Below, one piece after another: positions 26,717 through 35,631 of a stretch of DNA of 45,949 nt. Below the pieces are notes generated by a model, which made no database searches, was not told the DNA's origin, and saw only the letters and a list, made by a program, of their open reading frames with translations. This DNA is from Candidatus Eiseniibacteriota bacterium (GTDB lineage Bacteria; Eisenbacteria; RBG-16-71-46), in assembly GCA_023249845.1 (NCBI GenBank), contig JAHFBW010000003.1, forward strand, positions 1 to 45,949, written 5' to 3'. The first letter of the stretch is position 1. The number at the start of each line of letters is the position of its first letter. The position numbers were made by a program, and so were the translations under genes.

Positions 26717-29158
26717 ATGAGCCAGAAGCCCGCCAGCAAGGGCAGGAGCCGGGGATTCACGCTCACGACCGCGTGGGCGGCGGTGGTCATCGCGCTGCTC
26801 ACCGTGGTGTTCTTCCACGAGGTGTCGCTCGAGGGACGCACGTTTCTCTCGCCCGACGCCACCGCGCCCGCGGGCTTCGTGCGTATGGGCGAGCAGTCGC
26901 TGTGGAAGGACAAGGTCTACCCGCTGTGGAACCCGTACGTGTTCCTCGGCATGCCGTCGTTCGGCTCGGGCGCCTACAACCCGCTCATCTACCCGCCCGA
27001 CTGGCCGGTGGCGCTCGTGCAGAAGCTGCTGCCGCTTCCGGATCTCACCTGGCTGCTCCTCTACTACTTCCTCGCCGGCCTGTTCGCGTTCCTGTTGGCG
27101 CGAGAATGGGGCGCGCGGCCGGAGGGCGCGCTGCTGGGCGCGGTGGCGTTCGTGTTCCAGCCGAACCTGGTCGCCGTGGGTGCGCACGGGCACGGCAGCC
27201 AGCTCGTGGACTCGGCCTACCTGCCGCTCATGTTGTGGCTCGCGACGCGCTGGCTCCGCCGCGGGACGCTCGCCGAACTCGGATGGCTGGCGCTCGCGGG
27301 CGGATTCCAGCTGCTGCGCGGACACGTGCAGATCTGCTTCTACACGTGGCTCGCGATCGGGTTCTACGTGCTCGTCGTGCTCGGCGCGTCGTTCCGGCGG
27401 CCGGGTGAGCTTGCCAGGCTCGCGCTGCGCGCCGCAGCGATCGCGGGCGCGGCGGCGCTGGCGTTCGGCGTCGCCGGCATCTACAACCTGCCGTTGCGCG
27501 ACTACGCCGCGCACTCCATCCGAGGCGCTGCGGCGGGTGGCGGCGTGGCGCTGGACTACGCGACGTCGTGGAGCATGGGGCTCTACGAGCTGCCGAGCAT
27601 CGTGTTCCCGAACTTCGTGGGGTTCGGGGGGCAAAGCTACTGGGGCGCGATGCCGTTCACGGACTACCCGAACGGCTATCTCGGCGTCATCGTGGTCCTG
27701 CTCGCGGCATGCGGCTTCGTGGGGCGGAGCGGCGCCGACGGCGCGGCCCGGTTGTTCGCAGGCGTGCTCACGCTGTTCGCGCTGCTCGTGGCGCTGGGCC
27801 GGCACTTCCCACTCTATGGTGTGCTCTACGAATACCTGCCGCTGTTCAACAAGTTCCGCATCCCGGTCATGGTGCTCGTCCTGTTCCAACTCGGCATGGC
27901 AATGGCGGCCGCGTGGGGCTGGGGAGCGCTCGTCGTGGTGAGCCGCGAGAAGGGCCGGCTCGACACGGTGGATCGCATCCTCGCAGGCGTGGCGATCGCG
28001 CTGGCGCTGCTCGGGCTGTTCGCGCTGTTCGGCACCGAGTCGTTCCGTGGCGGCTACGTCACGATGGCGCTCGAGCACCAGCCGCGACTCGGCGCGGACG
28101 CGGCGCGCGCCGCGTTCGCGGCGTTCACGGGCGACCTCGGCAAGGTTTCGTTCTTGGGGCTCGTCGTCGTGGGCGTCGCGTGGTTCGCGCGCCGTGGCAA
28201 ACTCCCGGTGGCGCTGGCGTCGGTGAGCGTCCTCGTGCTGCTCATGGTGGAATTGTGGCCGGTGAGCCGCTCGGTCATGCAACCCACGATCGGCGATCCC
28301 GTCGCTCGCGACATGGACACCGGGCGCGACGACGTCGTCGAGTTCCTGGAGAAGGCCGGGCCCGCGGGCTCGTTCCGCGTGTTCTTCCCCGAGTCCGAGC
28401 TGTTCCGGGACAACCGCGTCGCGGGCTTCGGCATCGCCACGCTGGGCGGCTATCACGCCGCGAAGCCCAAGCTGTTCCAGGACCTGGTGGACGGCAACGC
28501 GCTCACCCAGTTGCCGTGGCTGGCGCTCCTGAACGTGCGCTACTGCGTATTCTCGCGGCCGGTGGCGCCCACGGACATCCCGACGACGTTGTACCAGACG
28601 CTGCGCCTGGTGCACTCCGGACCGGGCGGCGCAGTCTACGAATACGCGCTCGCCCTGCCGCGCGCCATGCTCGTGGGTTCGTGGGAAGTGGTGCCCGATA
28701 CCGGACGCAGCGTGCTGGATTCCGTGAGCGCAGTGGTGCGGAACCCCGCCGTGTTCACCTGGCTCACGTCGGATCCCGGCATCGCATCGGGCCCCGCGGA
28801 CTCCGTGGGCTCCGCCACGATCACGCGCTATCGGCTGCACGAGGTGGACATCGACGTGGACGCCTCGCGCCCCGTCCTGCTGCGACTCGCCGATCTGTGG
28901 TACCCGGATTGGAAGGTCACGGTGGACGGCAAGCCCGCGAGACTCCTGCGCGCCGACCACGCGCTGCGCGCGGTCGTCGTGCCCGCCGGCCGTCACCAGG
29001 TCGTGTTCAAGTTCGAGTCCGGGGCATTCACGATGGGACTGTGGCTCTCGATCGGCAGCTCACTCCTGGCACTGCTGCTGCTCGCCGCGGGATGGTGGTG
29101 GTCTCGCCGCCCGCCCGCCATGGTGGAACCGCCAGCCGAGGAGGGAGCGCGGGCCTGA
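26717..29158 (+). CDS. YfhO-family polytopic membrane protein (GT-C-like glycosyltransferase)
   Basis: 814 aa. The N-terminal half is polytopic, with YPLWNPYVFLGMPSFGSGAYNPLIYPPDW and ..GHGSQLVDSAYLPLMLW.. The C-terminal roughly 250 aa is extracytoplasmic with a final TM helix, which is the YfhO architecture. GAGGAG lies upstream of ATG 26717. Confidence 0.7.
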   Translation: MSQKPASKGRSRGFTLTTAWAAVVIALLTVVFFHEVSLEGRTFLSPDATAPAGFVRMGEQSLWKDKVYPLWNPYVFLGMPSFGSGAYNPLIYPPDWPVALVQKLLPLPDLTWLLLYYFLAGLFAFLLAREWGARPEGALLGAVAFVFQPNLVAVGAHGHGSQLVDSAYLPLMLWLATRWLRRGTLAELGWLALAGGFQLLRGHVQICFYTWLAIGFYVLVVLGASFRRPGELARLALRAAAIAGAAALAFGVAGIYNLPLRDYAAHSIRGAAAGGGVALDYATSWSMGLYELPSIVFPNFVGFGGQSYWGAMPFTDYPNGYLGVIVVLLAACGFVGRSGADGAARLFAGVLTLFALLVALGRHFPLYGVLYEYLPLFNKFRIPVMVLVLFQLGMAMAAAWGWGALVVVSREKGRLDTVDRILAGVAIALALLGLFALFGTESFRGGYVTMALEHQPRLGADAARAAFAAFTGDLGKVSFLGLVVVGVAWFARRGKLPVALASVSVLVLLMVELWPVSRSVMQPTIGDPVARDMDTGRDDVVEFLEKAGPAGSFRVFFPESELFRDNRVAGFGIATLGGYHAAKPKLFQDLVDGNALTQLPWLALLNVRYCVFSRPVAPTDIPTTLYQTLRLVHSGPGGAVYEYALALPRAMLVGSWEVVPDTGRSVLDSVSAVVRNPAVFTWLTSDPGIASGPADSVGSATITRYRLHEVDIDVDASRPVLLRLADLWYPDWKVTVDGKPARLLRADHALRAVVVPAGRHQVVFKFESGAFTMGLWLSIGSSLLALLLLAAGWWWSRRPPAMVEPPAEEGARA

Positions 29159-29874
29159 TGGAGAAGCTCGTCATCATCCCCACCTACAACGAGCGCGAGA
29201 ACATCGATCCTCTGATCGAAAGCCTGCTCGCGCTCCCGTACGGGCTCGAGGTGCTGGTGGTGGACGACGGCTCGCCAGACGGCACGGCGGCGAGCGTGAA
29301 GGCGTGGACAGCGCGCGACCCGCGTGTCCACCTGCTCGAGCGGCCGGGCAAGCTGGGGCTCGGCTCGGCCTACCGCGACGGCTTCCGTTACGCGCTCGCG
29401 AACGGTGTCGAATACGTGTTCGAGATGGACGCGGATTTCTCGCATGACCCGGTCGCGATCGGTGACTTCCTCGAGGCCGCGAAGGACGCGGACATCGTGC
29501 TGGGCTCGCGCTACCTGCATGGCGTTACCGTTGTGAACTGGCCACTCTCGCGCCTCATCCTGTCGTTCTCGGCGAATCTCTACTCGCGCATCGTCACCGG
29601 TATGCCGGTGGCCGACGCCACGGGCGGGTTCAAGTGCTTCCGTCGCCGGGCGCTCGAAGGTATCCGCCTGGACCGGGTGAAGACCGAGGGCTACGGCTTC
29701 CAGATCGAGATGACGTTCCGCTGTTGGAAGCGCGGCTTCCGCATCAAGGAGATCCCGATCGTGTTCGTGGACCGTCGCGCGGGGATCTCCAAGATGAACC
29801 GGCGGATCATCCTCGAGGCCGCGGGCCTGGTGTGGAAGTTGCGGTTGCTCGACCTCCTGGGGCGTCTCGAATGA
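29158..29874 (+). CDS. Polyprenol-monophosphomannose synthase (Ppm1/DPM1-like GT2)
   Basis: LVIIPTYNERENI, VVDDGSPDGT, LGLGSAYRDGF, EMDADFSHDP and DATGGFKCFRR are nearly diagnostic DPM1/Ppm1 blocks. It has no TM segment. The ATG shares 1 nt with the YfhO stop. Confidence 0.85.
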   Translation: MEKLVIIPTYNERENIDPLIESLLALPYGLEVLVVDDGSPDGTAASVKAWTARDPRVHLLERPGKLGLGSAYRDGFRYALANGVEYVFEMDADFSHDPVAIGDFLEAAKDADIVLGSRYLHGVTVVNWPLSRLILSFSANLYSRIVTGMPVADATGGFKCFRRRALEGIRLDRVKTEGYGFQIEMTFRCWKRGFRIKEIPIVFVDRRAGISKMNRRIILEAAGLVWKLRLLDLLGRLE

Positions 29875-32168
29875 TCCGCATGAGATGGGTGAAAGCCGCG
29901 CTCGTCGCGGCAGCGCTGCTCGCCGCGCCCGTGGCGCGCGCGGAAGGACTGTGGTCCACGTACCTGCACGCCAGCTCCTGCAACGACATCCTGGCGCTGC
30001 GGGACACCGTGTGGATGGCGACCGGCGACGCCGGGCTCCTGCGCTACCACCGTTCGACCGACTCGTGGAGCACGATCACGCGTGAGCCGGACGGGCTCGC
30101 GGGTAACGACGTTCAGGCGATCACGTTCGACCGCTCGGGGAACCTGTTCGCCGCCGTACCGGGCAAGGGCGTGAGCCGGCTGGACACCGATGGTCATTGG
30201 TCACTGATCAACGCGTTCGACGGCCTGCCCTCGGATACCGTGCTCGTGCTCCACGCCGATGGCGATACGGTGTGGATCGGCACCACGCGCGGCCTGGCGC
30301 TGTGGGACGGCAAGACCGTTGCGGGCTCGGTGCCGGACCTCGGCACCCCGTCGCCGTTCTCGAACAACAACATCAACGGCCTCGCCGTGACAGGCGACAC
30401 GCTGGTCGTGAGCACGCCGGAGGGGATCTACGTCGCGCGAATTTCGCAGCGCCTCGCGACGTGGAATCTCATCAACGGAACGTTGCCGCTACTGAACCAG
30501 GATATCCGGGGCATCGCGAGCGACGGGCGAGTGCTCCTCGCGCTCGTGAAAGGTAACCCCATCAGCAATCCCACAGGGGTCATCTTCACCAGCTTCCGCT
30601 GGTCGCCATCCACGAATTCGTGGCCGACCGAAACCCCGGGGTCCGGTTTGGGGCAATCGGTTCGAAGGCTGCGGGACGACCACGGCATCATCGTCGCGAC
30701 GACGCTGGCTGGAACCCACCTGCGCACCGCGAGCGGAGTGTGGATCCAGAGCCCGAATTCGCCGGCAACGGACAACGGCGACGTCGCGGCGCTCGAGCCC
30801 GCGGCGGATCCGGACGGAGTGTTGTTCACGTCCACGGCAGGCAAGCTTGCGCAGGAACCGTCCTGGACCGCGCTCGCGCCGCCCGGTCCCGTGGGCAACA
30901 CGTCGCGCAACGTCGCGTGGGTGAACGGCACGGTGTACGTGTGTTACGCGGGCGAGGGCATCGGGCGGTTGCGCGACGGCGTCTGGCGCAACTACCCGGC
31001 GAGTGGGACCAACTGCGTGGGGGCCGAGTGCGACACGACGTTCACGAATTCGGTCTTCCCCGCCGGCATGCTTGTGGATCCGCTCGGGTCCCGCTGGATC
31101 GCGATGTGGGGCGGTCCGCTCACGCGGTTCTCGGACGAGACCTCGCCGCCCGTGTTCCAGAACATCTTCTACGCGAGCAGCAATGCGGACAGCGCCCACC
31201 TCCATTCGACTATCCACGCCGCTGCCGCGGACTCCACGAATGGGACGCAGGCCGGTCGCTGGTTCGGCCTCGACTCCGACCGCATCGGCAATGACATCGG
31301 CAATCCGCTGGGACTCGACCTCTACGACCAGGACGGCCGTTTCATTCGCAACTACGACACAACCTATCCCGGTCTCAGGAACGGCCTCATCCGTGCGCTC
31401 GTGTGCGACCGCTCCAACAAGATGTGGGTGGGCTACAAGGGCAGCTCGAGCGCCGGGCTGTCCACATTCCAGGTGCCAGAGAACCTGCAGGTCGGAATCG
31501 AGCTCACGGACGTGCTGTCCACGAACCGGCTCGACGTGTTCGGCCTCGCCACCGTCGGGGATTCCGTGTGGGTGCTGGCCACGGACGGCCTCTACCGCTA
31601 CCGCCAGAGCACGGCCGCGTTCGTCTCTAAGCTGGAGATCGCCGGCCCGCCCGCGCTCGCGAGCATGCATCCCCTCGCCGTGGCGCCCAACGGCACCGTG
31701 TTCGTGGGTACGACAGGCGGAATGCGCGTGCATCGCCGTGGCCGCCTGCCGATGGACTACACGCCCGACAACTCGCCGATCGCCGACGTCGAAGTGCGCG
31801 GCTTGTACTGCGAGCCCTCGGGTGCGGTGTGGATCGCGACGGCGAGCGGGGTCAATCGGTTCGATCCGGAGTACATCCCACCACCCGAGCCGAAGTTGCC
31901 GTCGCTCACCGTCAAGCTCTACCCGAATCCGGCATGGCTCACCGGCGCCGGATTCGAGCTCCGTCTCGCGGGCCAGGCCACCTCCTACGTCGGCGAGGTC
32001 TTCGACTTGAACGGCCGGGTCGTGCACCGCTTCAGCATCGGAGGCAACGGGAGCGTATTCTGGGGCGGACGCAACCTGGACCAGCAATGGGTCGGCCCCG
32101 GAGTCTATTTCGTTCGCGTCCGGGGCGGCGGGGCCGAGGCGACGTCGCGCGTCGTCGTGCTGCGCTAG
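29871..32168 (+). CDS. Secreted beta-propeller (two-component-regulator-propeller-like repeats) protein with T9SS/FlgD-Ig-type C-terminal sorting domain
   Basis: Signal peptide MIRMRWVKAALVAAALLAAPVARA/EG. There are many repeats of the type ..V(W/L)xxTxxGLxxY/W.. (VWMATGDAGLLRY, VWIGTTRGLALWDG, VWVLATDGLYRY, VWIATASGVNRFD). The last roughly 85 aa are KLYPNPAW..VFDLNGRVVHRF..WGGRNLDQQWVGPGVYFVRVRGGG..SRVVVLR. ATGA overlap with the Ppm1-like gene. Confidence 0.75.
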   Translation: MIRMRWVKAALVAAALLAAPVARAEGLWSTYLHASSCNDILALRDTVWMATGDAGLLRYHRSTDSWSTITREPDGLAGNDVQAITFDRSGNLFAAVPGKGVSRLDTDGHWSLINAFDGLPSDTVLVLHADGDTVWIGTTRGLALWDGKTVAGSVPDLGTPSPFSNNNINGLAVTGDTLVVSTPEGIYVARISQRLATWNLINGTLPLLNQDIRGIASDGRVLLALVKGNPISNPTGVIFTSFRWSPSTNSWPTETPGSGLGQSVRRLRDDHGIIVATTLAGTHLRTASGVWIQSPNSPATDNGDVAALEPAADPDGVLFTSTAGKLAQEPSWTALAPPGPVGNTSRNVAWVNGTVYVCYAGEGIGRLRDGVWRNYPASGTNCVGAECDTTFTNSVFPAGMLVDPLGSRWIAMWGGPLTRFSDETSPPVFQNIFYASSNADSAHLHSTIHAAAADSTNGTQAGRWFGLDSDRIGNDIGNPLGLDLYDQDGRFIRNYDTTYPGLRNGLIRALVCDRSNKMWVGYKGSSSAGLSTFQVPENLQVGIELTDVLSTNRLDVFGLATVGDSVWVLATDGLYRYRQSTAAFVSKLEIAGPPALASMHPLAVAPNGTVFVGTTGGMRVHRRGRLPMDYTPDNSPIADVEVRGLYCEPSGAVWIATASGVNRFDPEYIPPPEPKLPSLTVKLYPNPAWLTGAGFELRLAGQATSYVGEVFDLNGRVVHRFSIGGNGSVFWGGRNLDQQWVGPGVYFVRVRGGGAEATSRVVVLR

Positions 32169-32243
32169 CGTGTCCCGAACGCCGGCGGGGGGCCCTCGCA
32201 GGCCGCGAGCCCGAGCCGTGTCCACGAGGAGCGACCCGCGAGG

Positions 32244-33284
32244 GTGCTGCCGTTGACCGAATCCACCACCCGGGTCTTGACCACCGTGCCCGAGGGCTGG
32301 GGCGCGTTGCTCGACGCGGATCCCTCCGCGTCCCCGTCACACCGGCCCGAGCTCTGGGAAGCGATGGCCGCCGCGGTGCCAGCCTTCGAATGGCGCGTGC
32401 TCGAGCTGCGGGACGGAGGCCTCGCGGGCGGGGCTCCGCTCGTGATCTCGCGGCGCGGGCCGTTCCGCTGGCTCCACGCGCTGCCGTGGCTCCTGCCCGC
32501 GCCCCCGCTCGCTCGCGCGGGCCAGCACGCGCGTGCGGACGACGCGCTGTGCGCAGCGTTCGCGGACCTCGCGGCCGTGGAGCGCGCGGTGGGAGGGGAG
32601 TGGTCGTTCTACCGTCCGGAAGGTCCCGACCCAGCCGCGAGCGCGCTCTCGTTGGTTCCGGGGGAGACGCGTCGGTTCGCGGCCGCCATCTTGCCGCTCG
32701 CCGCGGGGATCGATTCCGTTCGATCGGGTGTACACCGGAAGCAGCGCCAGGCGCTCGACCAAGCGATCGCACAACCGTTCATGTTCGCGGAGGAAGCTTC
32801 TGCGCTGGAGGAGGCGCAGGCACTGCACCTCGCCCAGTCGCGGCACTGGCCCGGTCATCGGCCGGTGCCGCTCGAACTCTGCCATCGGCTGCTGCGCGCG
32901 GGGCCCGCGGAGGCGCGCGTCGGGAGGCTGTTCACGCTGCGTTCGCGCCACGATCTCGTCTCGGCGACGTTCGCGCTCGACGGCCCGCACGAGACGTTCG
33001 TGTGGTGGAGCGGCACCCGCCCCGAGGGCCGGCGTGCGAACGCGTTCCTCCGCCTGCTGTGGGGAGTGGCGGAATGGGCCGCCGCACGCGGCCGGCGGCG
33101 ATTGAACCTGGGCGCGAGCGGCGGGCTCTCGCAGGTGGGGGCGTTCAAGTCGGCGCTGGGAGCGACGCTCGTGGACTATCCCGTGCGCTGGCTCGACGCG
33201 CGACATGCTTCGCTTGCGGGCCGCGGACTCGCGCTGGTACAGGCGTTCCGACGGCGCGGCCGAGCGCGCGGCGAGGCCACGTGA
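32244..33284 (+). CDS. FemAB/CelD-like GNAT-fold acyl(aminoacyl)transferase
   Basis: The C-terminal block ..FVWWSGTRPEGRRANAFLRLLWGVAEWAAARGRRRLNLGASGGLSQVGAFKSALGATLVDYP resembles FemAB / Acetyltransf_6 family proteins. GTG start after a 75-nt gap. The call is by eye. Confidence 0.6.
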   Translation: MLPLTESTTRVLTTVPEGWGALLDADPSASPSHRPELWEAMAAAVPAFEWRVLELRDGGLAGGAPLVISRRGPFRWLHALPWLLPAPPLARAGQHARADDALCAAFADLAAVERAVGGEWSFYRPEGPDPAASALSLVPGETRRFAAAILPLAAGIDSVRSGVHRKQRQALDQAIAQPFMFAEEASALEEAQALHLAQSRHWPGHRPVPLELCHRLLRAGPAEARVGRLFTLRSRHDLVSATFALDGPHETFVWWSGTRPEGRRANAFLRLLWGVAEWAAARGRRRLNLGASGGLSQVGAFKSALGATLVDYPVRWLDARHASLAGRGLALVQAFRRRGRARGEAT

Positions 33285-34357
33285 GAATCGCGACGCTCGC
33301 GAACGCCTCCGTCGTGCATACGCGGCGCTGGGTGGAGCACTTCCGATCACGCGGACACGAGGTCCGCCTGTTCTCGCTGGAGGAGCCGCCCGCTGGATTC
33401 GCGACGACGGCGCTGCCGTGGGTTCCGCTGCCCGGTGTGATCCGCTACCCGCTCGCGGTCCCCGCGCTCAAGCGCGAACTTCGTGCGTTCGCGCCCGACC
33501 TCGTGGATGCGCACTACGTGCCGAACTACGGCGTCATGGCGGCGCTCGCAGGGCGGCGCCCCTATTCGATCACGGCGTGGGGCAGCGACCTGCTGCTCGC
33601 GGCCGGCCGCGACCCGTGGCAACGCATGCGCGCGCGGTTCGCGCTCGAAGGCGCCGCTCTCGTGCTGTGTGACGCCGAGAACCTCGCCGCGGCCGCCCGC
33701 CGCGCCGGCGCGCCGGCCGAGCGCGTGCGTGCGATCCCCTGGGGTGTGGACCGCGAGCTCTACCGTCCCGGCGGCACACGCGAGCGCGGGCTCATCCTGT
33801 CTGCGCGCATGCACGAGAGTGTCTACGACTTGCCCACCGTGATCGAGGGTGCTGCGCGGGTGCTCGAGACTCTGCCGCACGCGCATGTCGTGTTCGCGGG
33901 AGATGGAATGCTGCGGCCCGAGCTCGAGCGCCGCGCGGCGGCGCGGCTCCCGGCCGGGCGCTACCGATTCGTGGGCCGGGTCGGCGCGGCCGAGCTGGCG
34001 TCCTGGCTCTCGCGAGCCGAAGTCTACGTGTCCGCGTCGCGCTCCGATTCCACGTCGCAATCCCTGCTCGAGGCCATGGCCGCTGGGGCGGTCCCGGTGG
34101 TGAGCGATATCGAGGGGAATCGCGAGTGGGTGCGCCCGGGCGAGAGCGCGCGGCTCTTCCCGGTGGGCGACGCCCCGGTACTGGCGCGCGAGCTGCGTGT
34201 GGTACTCGAGGATCCGGCCTGGGCAGCGTCCGCGCGAGACGCCGCGGCGCGGGTGATCGCCGCGCGCGGGGACTGGCGCGTGAACCTCGCGCGCATCGAG
34301 CGCTGTTTCGAGGCGGTGGTGGCCAGGCGGCCGCTGCCCGAGGAGCCGCCTCTGTGA
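33281..34357 (+). CDS. Glycosyltransferase family 4 (GT-B)
   Basis: IATLANASVVHTRRWVEHFRSRGHEV (GT4 N-domain). C-terminus ..VYVSASRSDSTSQSLLEAMAAGAVPVVSDIEGNREWVRPGESARLF. GTGA overlap. Confidence 0.8.
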   Translation: MRIATLANASVVHTRRWVEHFRSRGHEVRLFSLEEPPAGFATTALPWVPLPGVIRYPLAVPALKRELRAFAPDLVDAHYVPNYGVMAALAGRRPYSITAWGSDLLLAAGRDPWQRMRARFALEGAALVLCDAENLAAAARRAGAPAERVRAIPWGVDRELYRPGGTRERGLILSARMHESVYDLPTVIEGAARVLETLPHAHVVFAGDGMLRPELERRAAARLPAGRYRFVGRVGAAELASWLSRAEVYVSASRSDSTSQSLLEAMAAGAVPVVSDIEGNREWVRPGESARLFPVGDAPVLARELRVVLEDPAWAASARDAAARVIAARGDWRVNLARIERCFEAVVARRPLPEEPPL

Positions 34358-35631
34358 GGCGCGTGCTCGTGCTCACGCCGTTCTTCCCGCCGCTCGCGGG
34401 GGGAGGGGTTCACCGCGTGCTCTCGTTCGTGCGCCACCTGCCGGCGCGCGGCTGGGCATGTACCGTCGTGTGCGCGGGCGAGCACGACTACTGGGTGCGC
34501 GACGAATCACTGCTCAAGCAGGTGCCACCCGCGACCGAGGTGCTGCGCGTCGCGGGCGGCAGCGCGCTCGCGGCGTGGTTGCGCGTGCGCGGGAAGGCGG
34601 ACTCGGGCCGGCGCTCGGGAGGCGCGTTCGCACCGCTTCGTTCACTCGCGGATTGGTGGCTGCTGCCGGATTCCTACGCCGGCTGGTCGCGACGCGCGCG
34701 CAGTGTGGCAGCGGCGCGCGCATCGCGCGGCGACGTTCACGCCGTGCTCTCGAGCTCGCCGCCCGACAGCGCCCACCTCGCCGCGCTCGACGTGACGCGT
34801 ACCGCCCGGCTGCCGTGGGTGGCGGACTTTCGTGATCCCTGGGTGGGGCTCCACTTCCGCAAGCCCCCGACGCCGTGGCACGCGGCGCGACATGCCGCGA
34901 TGGAGGCGAGCGTCACGGGTAGCGCAGACCTGGTGCTCACTGCGTCCCGGACGCACGAACGTGAGCTTGCATCACGCGCGGTCGGCAAGCCACGACGGCT
35001 GTTGCACCTGCCGAACGGCTTCGAACCCTCCACGAGCACGACCCAGGTCGTGGACCGATCGCGGTTCCGGCTGGCGTTCACGGGCACGCTCTCGCTCATG
35101 GACGACATGGGTACGCTGCTCGATGCGCTCGAGCGCCTGCAAGGCATCGAACCGCGAGCGCGCGACGCGCTGCGCGTGGAGCTGGTGGGGCCGTACGATT
35201 CCGATTGGGAGGCGCGCACGAACGCGCGCGGCCTCGGAAGTCTCGTGCGCTTCAGCGGACCGCGGTCGCACGCGGAGACGCGCGCGCTCCAGCGTTCGGC
35301 GGACGCGCTGCTGCTGTGGAAACCCCGCGGGGACGGCTATCGCACCATGGTGCCCGGCAAACTCTACGAGTATCTGGACAGCGAGCGGCCGATCCTGGCG
35401 CTGCTTCCCGAGCATGATGAGGCCGCGGAGCTGGTGACACAAGCGGGCGGGAGCGTGCTTCCGCCGGGAGACGCCGAAGCGCTGGCGGTCGAGCTCGCCG
35501 CGCGTCTCGCGCGCTGGCGCGAGGCGGGACGACTTCCGGATGCCCGGCCGGCGTGGCTCGGTGAGTACGCGCGCGAGCGTCTCGCCGGCGAGCTCGCACG
35601 CGCGCTCGACTCGCTCGTGGAACGGGCATGA
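34354..35631 (+). CDS. GT-B glycosyltransferase (GT4-like)
   Basis: VLVLTPFFPPLAGGGVHRVLSFVRHL (N-domain). ..FTGTLS.., ..MVPGKLYEYLDSERPILAL.. (C-domain). GTGA overlap. Confidence 0.7.
   Translation: MRRVLVLTPFFPPLAGGGVHRVLSFVRHLPARGWACTVVCAGEHDYWVRDESLLKQVPPATEVLRVAGGSALAAWLRVRGKADSGRRSGGAFAPLRSLADWWLLPDSYAGWSRRARSVAAARASRGDVHAVLSSSPPDSAHLAALDVTRTARLPWVADFRDPWVGLHFRKPPTPWHAARHAAMEASVTGSADLVLTASRTHERELASRAVGKPRRLLHLPNGFEPSTSTTQVVDRSRFRLAFTGTLSLMDDMGTLLDALERLQGIEPRARDALRVELVGPYDSDWEARTNARGLGSLVRFSGPRSHAETRALQRSADALLLWKPRGDGYRTMVPGKLYEYLDSERPILALLPEHDEAAELVTQAGGSVLPPGDAEALAVELAARLARWREAGRLPDARPAWLGEYARERLAGELARALDSLVERA

Noticed and set aside
26495-28996. Very long antisense ORFs in the track: 26495..28996(-) 833 aa, 39495..41510(-) 671 aa, 30489..32225(-) 578 aa, 17444..19141(-) 565 aa, 2303..3796(-) 497 aa, 7208..8512(-) 434 aa, 10537..11832(-) 431 aa.
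   Set aside because: They lie exactly antisense to + strand genes that carry unmistakable family motifs. Their translations are Arg/His/Glu/Pro-rich and low in complexity, with no recognisable domain. Such shadow ORFs are expected when GC is about 70% and stop codons are rare.
32169-32243. The 75-nt gap after the propeller gene, with a GC-rich near-palindrome (GGGGGGCCC), considered as a possible internal terminator.
   Set aside because: No extended stem is present and no T-tract follows. I cannot support a terminator call. It may simply hold an internal promoter or RBS (GAGGAG at 32226-32231).
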